From assembly GCA_020137815.1 (NCBI GenBank), contig CM035350.1, positions 2,542,001 through 2,606,000 of the forward strand: a stretch of DNA of 64,000 nt, written 5' to 3'. Made by a program: the position numbers and the translations under genes. The DNA comes from Hormiphora californensis. Its lineage: Eukaryota; Animalia; Ctenophora. Position 1 is the stretch's first letter. Every line of letters begins with the position of its first letter. Below, in pieces: positions 26,433-50,269 of this stretch. The notes under the pieces were generated by a model. The model was given only the letters and a program-made list of their open reading frames with translations. It was not told where the DNA came from and searched no databases.

Positions 26433-28894
26433 TTAGTAGATACTGGGAAGCTCCTTGATAGATTTGACACACTCCTTGTATTTGTCCTTGTACTCATCAT
26501 TTTTTGTTATCAGGATCGTGGAACAGGGCCTGTGGGAATAAAGTTGTGTTAGATTGAATTGTTCTAGCAAACTATCTCTTTCTAAGGCCGCATGTCCAGA
26601 CCAGTGGTAGCTAAGCTAAGCTACCATGGTAGGATACCATGGTAGATCTACCTCTCGTTTAGACACTCACTGGCACATCTTATCTACTTCTATCACGTGG
26701 TTTACATGTGACGAAAATCAATCATCGGGGATGTCAAATTTATCATGTCCCATAAAAGTAAAATTATCTCTCTATGTCATGTGATGATAAGTTGCAATGT
26801 TAGGGACCAACTTACAAAAAAGTACCCGGGTTAGTTAACCATAAGTACTCGGGTATGTTTGTATCAAAATACGTGTGGCGGTGGCGCTTGGGTTAGTATA
26901 CCCCAAACACATAAATACCCGAACTTTTTTGTAAGTTGCAATGGTAGCTTCCCAGGGGAGAAGTAAAGCTATGAGTTTATTCGTGGGTTACTCGTTACCC
27001 AAAGAAACGGCTTGGGTGGCCTAGTCAAGTTAGATCTGTTCTTGTCGAATGACGTCACACGACTCTCCCCTCTAAAGTCTAGCTAGAGCTTTACAGTTGT
27101 CAGATTCAAGAGCTATAAATTAAAGTTCAATATATCATACTACTTACTATTCAAATTGTCAGTGCTACATCACCTAGCAACTACACCTGCACGTGCAATT
27201 ATTAGAGCAACTTAGAAACCTCACTCCCAGTTGCAGTTTTGGGTACTAAGGGAAATTCAATTCTGCACGTGCATTCTTTTACTTTTGTCCTGATGTCTAA
27301 CTCTTCAACCCCAAGCGCTATTCGGCAACAGTCATCTGGGTCCGGAAGATCTGCTGAGTGCTGCTGTCAGAGAGCAGGCTAGAGAATATGACAGATTACG
27401 CCAACGTGTTCAAGCGAGCCAATCAACGACTACGGATAGCTTTACCCAACGTCGCCCAAGGGTGACTACTCCAGTCGACTATAGAAATCTCCGAATCGGC
27501 TACATAGTGGCCAAGTTTTCACGTGATGAATTTCTGGAACAGCACTGCACCTCCATGACATTTATCTCTTAAATTCGCACCTTGACATTGTCAGGAAGCC
27601 CAGAGCGTACAACAACATGGGTAGGGAGAAAGTTAGAGATAGGCTAGGAACGGATGGTGCAGGTGATGTCAGCGTTCCCTAATCCAGCTACCATTACCCC
27701 GAAATTCGCCCGTAGGGCCAACGGGCCTACTAGTTGTAGTCTATAATATATTTATTTTTTGTCTGTCCACGACGTTCTCCAGAAAACAGGTTCATCTTCA
27801 AGAAAATTGAAAACCGTTTAACAAAATGTCTTCTTGCACGACATGTTCTGGGTATAACCCTGGTGCTTACTTCCGCAACCCCCGTCTGACAAGTTAACCA
27901 GGGGGTGCGTTAACCCTTATAATTGAGGGTTGATTCTAGGAGGTTGGGGGTCTCTTCCCAGTCTCTTACGTGTTGGATCCAATGGCCTGTCCAAGATCCA
28001 ACCGGGCTGGCACGTAACAGTAGGGAATCTTGTTCTCCTCGCATAGCACAGGAAGATGGGAGATGACGTCTGTAAAAAAGGGTTAGCCGTTAGATAGAAT
28101 CATTTAGTTTTTCAACTGCTTGCTAAATCGATAAGAATATGACCACCCCCCCCCCCCCCGTTAGTCTTTATATTTACCAATGGGAGAGATGTCACCCGCG
28201 ATGATTACAAATCCTTTCTCCCCTTTACGAATCGCTTTTGCAACATCCTTCACTCCCCTTCGAATACATTTCGCCTGATTGGGGGATTGTAGCGGGCATG
28301 AGAATTTGAGTTATTAAATCACAGTCAGAATTTACCCCAAAATATTTTTTCTCTCGAGGTTCTGAGGGAAAAACTTAGCATTTCATAACCATTACATTAC
28401 TGCATTTTAGGTATTCCTTCGCACTTAAGTGCCCTGTCAGAAAATTCCCGCAGTAGTCATGGTTCTGCGGTTATTCAAACTAATATAACTCCCGAATTAA
28501 ATAGAATTCTTCTTTCTCGCGACAGTTTAGGATGACAGGTTATGTAATGATATTTTTCTCTGTTCAATGGTACAATTGCAAACTATTAATAGTTCCCCAT
28601 CTGTCAATATTTAGTCCCCGTATCATCAACATGTAGTACATAGTTCATTGTCAGATAGGGGCGACATGACGCGGCAAGGTTTGCACAATAATTAATTAAT
28701 TCTTAGCTAAGACGGGGATAAACAGGAAAATAGCTTACCTTGGAGGAAGATTTAGCAACCTTGAACAACTTCTTTCCCAGTTTCTTGGGAGCAAGAGGAC
28801 GGGCAATAGGGATGGTTAAGGAGCATTTAGCATCATAATCGTCTGGGGTGATTGAGGAAGCTCCCTCCGTAGTTACACCTTCAGCAGCTACCAT
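26433..28894 (-). CDS. NHP2: H/ACA snoRNP subunit NHP2; exons ~28739-28894, 28177-28275, 27970-28070, 26433-26529
   Basis: PIARPLAPKKLGKKLFK, IRRGVKDVAKAIRKGEKGFVIIAGDISPI|DVISHLPVLCEENKIPYCYVP..DLG.A..T|RPCS (L7Ae family, NHP2 type). Confidence 0.93.
27180..27733 (+). mobile_element. Non-autonomous Helitron-like element (3' end clear, 5' end uncertain)
   Basis: Subterminal hairpin GCCCGT-AGGGCCA-ACGGGC followed by CTAG|T; last ~70 bp shared with 30840-30916 on the - strand. Confidence 0.55.
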
Positions 28895-29059
28895 GCTAGA
28901 AGAAGGTACTTAAAATAATGGTTGAGAGGTATTTGAGAGGTATTTGAGAGGTATTTGGGAGGTATTTGGGTTATCTTTTGGGAAAGAGAAAGGAATTGTA
29001 AGACGTAGAAGAGTAGAATTTAAAGAGGGGGAAGCATTCCAATATTCTCTACGTGTTAA

Positions 29060-30450
29060 GGGTACGCTAACCAAAATTTTTTTTCGAGTGCAGGGAAATC
29101 TCTCACCGTAGGGTTGTAGGCCATGCCAAGGAGACCTCAAATATGCAATTTGAGCTCTCAAGTCGAATTCATATTTTTGCTACAGCTGCTTGAAAAATGA
29201 ACTGAAAATAAGCTTTTGGCATCTCAAAAAATTTTTTTCAAAGATAGGAGCATGAAAATTTGGGGATTTGAAGAGGACATGAAGGTGAATAACCACAAAA
29301 ATTTTTTTTGCAATCCGAGCTGATTTCTGGTCCTGAGATGGATTTCTTTTTTTCCACTTTAACGCCCTATTTGGCAAAGTTCCGAAAACATGTGAAAGCT
29401 GTAAATTGGTGAAAAGTTGCGTCTAACAATTATCTAAGTGGCCATAAATTTTGGGCGTGTCCTTATTTGAGATAAGCTGTACGGAGTTTTTTTTGTGAAA
29501 GCCGTCATTTCAGAAATAAATAAATTCCCTGTATCTCAAAAACGGCTGATCGTAGAGACCTGAGACTATGCTTAAACGATTCAGAAGGTCCGATTTTGGG
29601 GGGGGTCTTCTGAGAGACATTTTGCTCCTACTTCAACCGTTTTTGCTGTAATTGCGAAAAACAAATTCTATGAAAAGGGCAAAAGCCAAACTCCAATATC
29701 CTGTAATTAGGGAATTTTAGCTAAGGAAGGACCGAAACTATGGAAAACTGTTTAACAAGCTAATTCCTTCACTATTTGGTCCATATGGGTCCCTATAATC
29801 ATCAAAAACAAAATCACAAAAAATCCACGATGGCGAAGATGGGTTATTGTTTTTCGCAATTACAGCAAAAACGGTTGAAGTAGGAGCAAAATGTCTCTCA
29901 GAAGACCCCCCCAAAATCGGACCTTCTGAATCGTTTAAGCATAGTCTCAGGTCTCTACGATCAGCCGTTTTTGAGATACAGGGAATTTATTTATTACTGA
30001 AATGACGGCTTTCACAAAAAAAACTCCGTACAGCTTATCTCAAATAAGGACACGCCCAAAATTTATGGCCACTTAGGTAATCGTTAGACGCAACTTTTCA
30101 CCAATTTACAGCTTTCACATGTTTTCGGAACTTTGCCAAATAGGGCGTTAAAGTGGAAAAAAAGAAATCCATCTCAGGACCGGAAATTAGCTCGAATTGC
30201 AAAAAAAAATTTTGTGGTTATTCACCTTCATGTCCTCTTCAAATCCCCAAATTTTCATGCTCCTATCTTTGAAAAAAATTTTTTGAGATGCCAAAAACTT
30301 ATTTTCAGTTCATTTTTCAAGCAGCTGTAGCAAAAATATGAATTCGACTTGAGAGCTCAAATTGCATATTTGAGGTCTCCTTGGCATGGCCTACAACCCT
30401 ACGGTGAGAGATTTCCCTGCACTCGAAAAAAAATTTTGGTTAGCGTACCC
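29060..30450. mobile_element. 1391-bp palindromic MITE, Kolobok-like (copy 1)
   Basis: TTAA|GGGTACGCTAACC...GGTTAGCGTACCC|TTAA; ~600-bp arms around a ~180-bp spacer. Confidence 0.88.
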
Positions 30451-30839
30451 TTAAATGCACGAGAAAGAATTGTTGAAAAGATGGGGGGGGGTTAAGATTG
30501 ATTCTTTTCCAGCCAGTTAATAAATTAAAGAACAACCCATACAATTCAACTCTCTCGATTCAAGATCTAGCTACCTCATTCATCACACCATTACCATGTA
30601 GTTGCGTAATTAATCATACATTCATACTACAGTCCATGTTATATTGTCAACACACATACAAGCATTCGCAGGGACTGCAGTAGTCCCCTCTCTATCTTGT
30701 TAATAAAACGAGACACTTTTACCACTGTTAACGACATCACTCTATAACCTGAATAATGAGTTCAGAGCAAGTCCAGAGAGACATGCTCGGAGCTATACCA
30801 CTAAGCTACCAAACCCTACTCTATAACCATTATAAAGTA

Positions 30840-31400
30840 CTAGTAAACCCGTTCGCCCTACGGGCGAATTTCGGGGAAATGGTATTGGTAGCTGGATTAG
30901 GGAACACTGACATCATCAGTCTAACTAATGACATGCACTATCCCATCTTAAGTAACGGTACCGTAGAAGGAGCTCAGGCGGGATCGCTGCGAGTTTCTGG
31001 TTTCAGAACGTCAGATGATGATCCGGCGATCAAAGTTATAAAAGAACTTACTATTTCGTCTGCTTGCAGTATTCATCTGCCTTAATCTCTGAGATTGATC
31101 ATCGGTTCTGTTTAACCTCAAACGTCTTGTTCGTTCTCTCTGCACTTCTTTTGGTGTTGCTGCATTTAACCCCTCAGTGTATGGAAAGGTAGAGAATGGC
31201 GGTGAGATCTTGCGTGAATAACTCCAATTGTCGCTGTCGTATATCAACAGTTGTTGAAGAGAGCATATTAGCTGGAACAGTGACACAAAACAAAATCAGA
31301 TGCACGTGCACGTGCAGTAAAGTAGCAACCAGGCTCCGACTCCTGGCCCCACTCCAGTAATACTCCACAGTCCACCTCTAAACCTGCACGTGCTAAATGC
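30840..31400 (-). mobile_element. Non-autonomous Helitron-like element (3' end at 30840)
   Basis: On - strand GCCCGT-AGGGCGA-ACGGGT hairpin then CTAG|T; upstream R/E/Q-rich ORF fragment (31011-31286). Confidence 0.55.
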
Positions 31401-31500
31401 CATATAAGGTAAAAAACGTCACACAGGATTTCCCTATTTGCTTTAATAATAGTATGATTCATCTGACATCTTGTAAGTTACAACGTGTAATGCTGCATTT

Positions 31501-31705
31501 TCGGAACGTGTTCGTCTAGTCATCGCGCGTCGCGGGCTGCCCCGCCAGCCCTCCAAACTCGGGTGAACAAGCTAACAATAGTTCAATTACATGTGCACGA
31601 TGTAGTATATCGCATGTAATTTCACTATTGTTAGCTTGTTCACCTGGGTTTGGAGGGCTGGCGGGGCAGCCCGCGACGCGCAATGACTAGACGAACACGT
31701 TCCGA
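31501..31705. repeat. ~205-bp GC-rich palindrome (MITE-like)
   Basis: TCGGAACGTGTTCGTCTAGTCAT...ATGACTAGACGAACACGTTCCGA with ~90-bp arms. Confidence 0.85.
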
Positions 31706-31883
31706 GAAAGGAGCATAACCCTCCATTCCTTTTGTGATGAAACAGTGTCAAGGCGAGCTGCTCTTATTCACTCAATTTAGCAACTAAAGCTTAGCTATTT
31801 AACAATTCCCCTTATCTCAGACATTTCAAGCTATCAAGTTACTCAATTAGCCATTTTATAGTGCTCTTCCTCTCTGATCAGGT

Positions 31884-44736
<12,853 letters not shown>

Positions 44737-44932
44737 GACTACAACTAGAAAATAGGGGGAGATTTTATTGAGAGGTAATTCTTGGAATGGTGGTGGTTCT
44801 GGGAAATTGGCCTTCAAGGGAATGAAAATGTGACAGTTTCAACTTAACCCAGCTGGGGGGGAGGGGCAGCTGTCATGTAATGAGGGTAGAATAAAACTAC
44901 GTTATTTAGATGTGATAAAAACAGTTTAGAAT

Positions 44933-45844
44933 TTAAGCGACAAGAGCAGAAGCGGTGGCACTCTCATATTTCCAGTTGGGGGGAAGGACCGACTTGGTCT
45001 TGTAGTACCGGGCTAGTTTATGGATTCGGCTCTCAATCAGAATCAGCCTGTATTTGGAGTCCTTGTCCTGTCTGTTCTTCTCCAGATGTTTCCTGATCGC
45101 CACGGCCTTCTTGATCAGATGGTAGAGGTCCTCTGGTATCTTACTGGCGAGCCCCTTAGCACGGAGGATCCTGAGAATCTTGGTGCCAGTGACGTGTCGG
45201 ACCTGGTTGACACCGTGGGAATCCCGGAGGATGACGCCAATTTGAGAGGGGGTCAGTCCCTTCTTAGACAACTTGTAGATCATTTCCTTTACCTCATCTC
45301 CAGTCAACTTCTGCCACTGTGGGAGGGGGAGATTAGAATGTTATTGAAGCAGTGAACTGGGAAAATGTAGATTGGTATTACCACAGCGATCATAGCTGGG
45401 AGGGAGCTGCTAAGTGGAGCCCCAAATTAGGTAGATATATCCAAACAGGTGATGTGATATTATTACCGGCTGTTATCCAATTGCAGATCTGAGACCCGCG
45501 GGGAAGAGATTCTGAAAGGAGAGAGAGGAAGGGGGAAGGGAAGCAGGGACCTGCTCTCTCCCATTACCCACCAATAGAACAAAGCAGAGCAACAATAATG
45601 GGCTCAACTCGGGACTTTGGGTTCCCCAATTTATAGGGTTAGAGAGACAGATGAATGAGAGTGGATGCTGGGACACAAAAGAACAGACGGGAGATAATAC
45701 CCAAACTACACCTTGTAGTATTTGGGCAGCATGCAAATAATAAACAGCCCCAAACAGTATCATTCTACTCACGTTGGGCACGTTCCGCTTGTAGGGGAGG
45801 GCAGACTGGGCAATACCCTTTCCTGGGGTGTGCATACGAACCAT
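44933..45844 (-). CDS. RPS13: 40S ribosomal protein S13 (uS15), copy A; exons 45773-45844 and 44933-45316
   Basis: 72+384 nt splice (GT-AG) to 151 aa [10 protein letters not shown]...[11 protein letters not shown]. Confidence 0.97.
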
Positions 45845-46114
45845 GTTGGCTGCTAGAGAGTCTTGCTAAATAGGAAGAGAGTTAGATAGTAGAGTGGAAG
45901 TGTGGGATTATGTCATTGGGGGAAGTTGTCAGGTAGGAAGAGAGAAGTGGGTAATACCACCCACTGGGTAGTTATATGAACGGGTTATGCGTTCAACTTG
46001 TCTCTCAAGCATAAATTAGTGTACACGTGGGTCGTGGCAGTTAGGTAGTCATAATGAGGGTAGAATAAAACTACGTTATTTAGATGTGATAAAAACAGCC
46101 CATCAGTTTAGAAC

Positions 46115-47029
46115 TTAAGCGACAAGAGCAGAAGCGGTGGCACTCTCGTATTTCCAGTTAGGGGGAAGGACCGACTTGGTCTTGTAGTACCGGGCTAGTT
46201 TATGGATTCGGCTCTCGATCAGAATCAGCCTGTATTTGGAGTCCTTGTCCTGTCTGTTCTTCTCCAGGTGTTTCCTGATGGCCACGGCCTTCTTGATCAG
46301 ATGGTAGAGGTCCTCTGGTATCTTACTGGCGAGCCCCTTAGCACGGAGGATCCTGAGAATCTTGGTTCCGGTGACGTGTCGGACCTGGTTGACACCGTGG
46401 GAATCCCGGAGGATGACGCCAATTTGAGAGGGGGTGAGTCCCTTCTTAGACAACTTGTAGATCATTTCCTTTACCTCATCTCCAGTCAACTTCTGCCACT
46501 GTGGGAGGGGGAGATTAGAATGTTATTGAAGCAGTGAACTGGGAAAATGTAGATTGGTATTAACCACAGCGATCATAGCTGGGAGGGAGCTGCTAAGTGG
46601 AGCCCCAATTAGGTAGATATATCCAAACATGTGTCAGGTGATGTGATATTATTACCGGCTGTTATCCAATTGCAGATCTGAGACCCGCGGGGAAGAGATT
46701 CTGAAAGGAGAGAGAGGAAGGGGGAAGGGAAGCAGGGACCTGCTCTCTCCCATTACCCACCAATAGAACAAAGCAGAGCAACAATAATGGGCTCAACTCG
46801 GGACTTTGGGTTCCCCAATTTATAGGGTTAGAGAGATGAATGGGAGTAGATGCTGGGACATAAAAGAACAGACGGGAGATAATACCCAAACTACACCTTG
46901 TAGTATTTGGGCAGCATGCAAATAATAAACAGCCCCAAACAGTATCATTCTACTCACGTTGGGCACGTTCCGCTTGTAGGGGAGGGCAGACTGGGCAATA
47001 CCCTTTCCTGGGGTGTGCATACGAACCAT
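46115..47029 (-). CDS. RPS13: 40S ribosomal protein S13 (uS15), copy B; exons 46958-47029 and 46115-46498
   Basis: Same structure and protein as copy A. Confidence 0.95.
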
Positions 47030-47299
47030 GTTGGCTGCTAGAGAGTCTTGCTAAATAGGAAGAGAGTTAGATAGTAGAGTGGAAGTGTGGGATTATGTCA
47101 TTGGGGGAAGTTGTCAGGTAGGAAGAGAGAAGTGGGTAATACCACCCACTGGGTAGTTATATGAACGGGTTATGCGTTCAACTTGTCTCTCAAGCATAAA
47201 TTAGTGTACACGTGGGTCGTGGCAGTTAGGTAGTCATAATGAGGGTAGAATAAAACTACGTTATTTAGATGTGATAAAAACAGCCCATCAGTTTAGAAC

Positions 47300-47755
47300 T
47301 TAAGCGACAAGAGCAGAAGCGGTGGCACTCTCGTATTTCCAGTTAGGGGGAAGGACCGACTTGGTCTTGTAGTACCGGGCTAGTTTATGGATTCGGCTCT
47401 CGATCAGAATCAGCCTGTATTTGGAGTCCTTGTCCTGTCTGTTCTTCTCCAGGTGTTTCCTGATGGCCACGGCCTTCTTGATCAGATGGTAGAGGTCCTC
47501 TGGTATCTTACTGGCGAGCCCCTTAGCACGGAGGATCCTGAGAATCTTGGTTCCGGTGACGTGTCGGACCTGGTTGACACCGTGGGAATCCCGGAGGATG
47601 ACGCCAATTTGAGAGGGGGTGAGTCCCTTCTTAGACAACTTGTAGATCATTTCCTTTACCTCATCTCCAGTCAACTTCTGCCAGTTGGGCACGCTCCGCT
47701 TGTAGGGGAGGGCAGACTGGGCAATACCCTTTCCTGGGGTGTGCATACGAACCAT
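47300..47755 (-). CDS. RPS13: 40S ribosomal protein S13 (uS15), copy C, intronless
   Basis: Uninterrupted 151-aa ORF; Ser21 instead of Asn21. Confidence 0.97.
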   Translation of the reverse strand: MVRMHTPGKGIAQSALPYKRSVPNWQKLTGDEVKEMIYKLSKKGLTPSQIGVILRDSHGVNQVRHVTGTKILRILRAKGLASKIPEDLYHLIKKAVAIRKHLEKNRQDKDSKYRLILIESRIHKLARYYKTKSVLPPNWKYESATASALVA

Positions 47756-48569
47756 GTTGGCTGCTAGAGAGTCTTGCTAAATAGGAAGAGAGGGTGGGTT
47801 AGATCAGATCGATGGGATAGTCTTGTTGGGGGTGAGGGGGGATGGAAAACCGGAAAACTGAAGTCCAGATCTGGACAGGTCAGAGGTGGCCGCGCGCGCG
47901 GGCTAAAAATTTTCGGAGCGCCAACAGCGCGACTTTCTCTAGCAAGGAAGAGTAGAAAACTAGCAATAGCGGAGTCTCCCCGCAGTGTCCTGCTTTTTGG
48001 GCAGGCCGTTGCACTTGGTATCCAAGACACCTTCGCGCGCCGGCAAGGGAGGGGTAACTTCGTTACCAACCGTTGCACTTCGTAGGCCGCAAAGGACCTG
48101 ATTCAGTGTCGAAAAAGTGTACAGTGGAGAATGATATTGGTGCAAGGAGTAGGGGAAAGGTAGTTTGGGGGAAGGTATTCGAAGGGAGAAAGGTTTGTTA
48201 CATTTCAACAGTTTGAACACAGTTGTTTCAGTTTAAACAATACCACAAGCTAAGGGGTCACAAGAGAAATTGTTCGATAGAAAGTATACTAACATAAGAA
48301 AAAACATATTAAACCTCTGAACTTTGTCCAGAGTTCATATATTATAGAAACTTTTAACTTGGTAAGACTCGACTAATCGAGTAGTCTTATGACTATAATC
48401 ATAAATGACAATATCATCATCATAATAATTACTAACACACTGCACTCTGCAGCCCATGGGGCGCATTCACAAATCCAGATATAAGCAGATATATATACAG
48501 ACACTAGGGAATCAAAAATATGTTTTATAGTTTTATATTTACTGCTTAGGGGTCCAGTTAATATCGTGT

Positions 48570-50039
48570 TTATTCCTTCTTGATTAGCATGGGGCCAAGG
48601 TTGTCACCAGTAGCAACATTGTGAGCGTTATGGGATCCATCGCAGTAGGGGAACTGAAGAGGGGAGAGAGATGGGGGGTTAGAATACGTTCACTGGAGAG
48701 GGGGAGAGAGATGGGGGTTAGAATACGTTCACTGGAGAGGGGGAGAGAGAGATGGGGGGTTAGAATATGTTTACTGAAGAGGGGAGAGAGATGGGGGTTA
48801 GAATACGTTCACTGGAGAGGGGGAGAGAGATGGGGGGTTAGAATATGTTTACTGAAGAGGGGGAGAGAGAAAGAAAGAGAGAGAGGGAGAGGGTTGGTTG
48901 ATTGGATAGGGGAACCGAATGAGGATGACTGAGTTTCTAGTGAGAGAGGAACTGAAAGAAAGGAGTGCATTGTTAATTGTAGATGCTATTGGTATTGCCT
49001 AACCGCCCTAACTAAATGAATAACTGATTTCAGTCAGTCCAACCTTCATCAGCTCCCTTTCTGTTCCCAACCAGCCTCCTCATCTTCATCATCCTCACTT
49101 TCATCATCAGATGATGAGATGTAATACATCTGATCACCATCCGGTAACGGCACAAAGTCCTTTCTAAAGGGGTGGTCGCGGCTCACAGACCAATTTTCAT
49201 CAGGAATCCCGTAATAAGAATCTGATTCTCCCGATTCATCTGCGGAACTGTTATCCCCGTCTAGCTCATCAGGACTTCCTTTATCAGCTGGCTCCTCAGG
49301 AGTTCCTTCATTAGCTGGTTCTTTATCCAGTTCATCAGGGATAACAGTATTCTCCTCACAAGTGCTGCTCAGTGCCTGGCATGGTTGAGTTGTGTATGCC
49401 ATGACTAGTGATTAGTGAGAGTTCAGAGTTGGGCGAACAAAACTAAATTCGAGTCCATAGTTGTTTGTTTGATAGAGAGGCGGAGAATTGAGATGTGGTG
49501 TTTCCGTGTGCGTGTGTAATCAGGAAACAGGGACAAGAAAGGGAGCTAAGGCAGTGGTGGGAAGAAGAGTAAGGGGAGAGGGGTAAGGAGGGGTGGCAAG
49601 AGAGGGCCGTGGCTGTAAACTTACTTTCTTAGATTTCCAGCACCGGCAAATGGCATTTGTTCCACTCTTCAGGTCTTCAATGTCACAAACGTTAACGACC
49701 TGGCGGGGATCTAGGTTTTAGTACATGGGAGTATTTAAGAATGCTTCAAGGACGAAACTAATTACACGGTCCTCAGCATGCTGGTGCACCATGTCTACAC
49801 TAAACAGGGTGTAAGATATTCATCCCAGGTCATGTCGAGGGATGGGGCCATTCCAAATAGCAATTCATACTACAGAGTCAGATTAACGATATCTATACTC
49901 TTACCTTTGGTTTCTCTTTCTCATGGTCAGTGTTGATAATGACAGCGTTAGCACGAGACACCATGAAGTAGGACACCGCCGCTCCAAAGAGGGCCGAGGC
50001 GGCACATAGAGCCAGTGTAGTGACATCCAACTTCTCCAT
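48570..50039 (-). CDS. CISD: CDGSH iron-sulfur domain protein (mitoNEET/CISD1-2 type); exons ~49905-50039, 49625-49699, 48570-48653
   Basis: N-terminal TM helix, [11 protein letters not shown]|[10 protein letters not shown]...CRCWKSKK|[21 protein letters not shown]; missed by the ORF track because exons are short. Confidence 0.93.
48655..48870. repeat. ~38-40 bp tandem repeat next to the CISD exon 3 acceptor
   Basis: ACTG(A/G)AGAGGGGAGAGAGATGGGGGTTAGAATA, about 5-6 copies. Confidence 0.85.
49049..49402 (-). CDS. 117-aa acidic hypothetical protein nested in CISD intron 2, same strand
   Basis: ATG-initiated intact D/E-rich ORF preceded by CTAAT..CTAG|TC-ATG; no family recognised. Confidence 0.45.
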   Translation of the reverse strand: MAYTTQPCQALSSTCEENTVIPDELDKEPANEGTPEEPADKGSPDELDGDNSSADESGESDSYYGIPDENWSVSRDHPFRKDFVPLPDGDQMYYISSSDDESEDDEDEEAGWEQKGS

Positions 50040-50269
50040 TCTACATTGATGATAGGATGTTAATTGAGATTTAATTGGTCCGATCGTGTTACAACATTCA
50101 AGGGTATATATCGGTGATCACCCTAGACCCATACTTTCGAGATCCAATACACCCAATTAGAATAAATATATACGCATAACTCTGTTTAAACTACCTAATT
50201 AAGCGATACCAAACACATTTTTATTGATTGGATTGGCATCTCTCGGCTCTCTGATGCCAAGCCGTTCAT

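Noticed and set aside
27340-27470. bHLH domain
   Set aside because: Basic-helix resemblance needs a frameshift, there is no helix 2, and a Helitron remnant explains it better.
45317-45772. U14 or other C/D snoRNA in the RPS13 intron, as in vertebrates
   Set aside because: No sense-strand TGATGA/CTGA pair or 18S-complementary U14 domains found; a weak H/ACA-like arrangement could not be supported by eye.
45020-47767. + strand ORFs MDSAL...
   Set aside because: Antisense shadows of the RPS13 coding sequence.
47960-48110. RNase MRP/P RNA, U1 snRNA, hammerhead or HDV ribozyme
   Set aside because: Only partial motif resemblance (TTGCAC, CTGA..GAA, GGGG/CCCC); required cores and spacing are absent.
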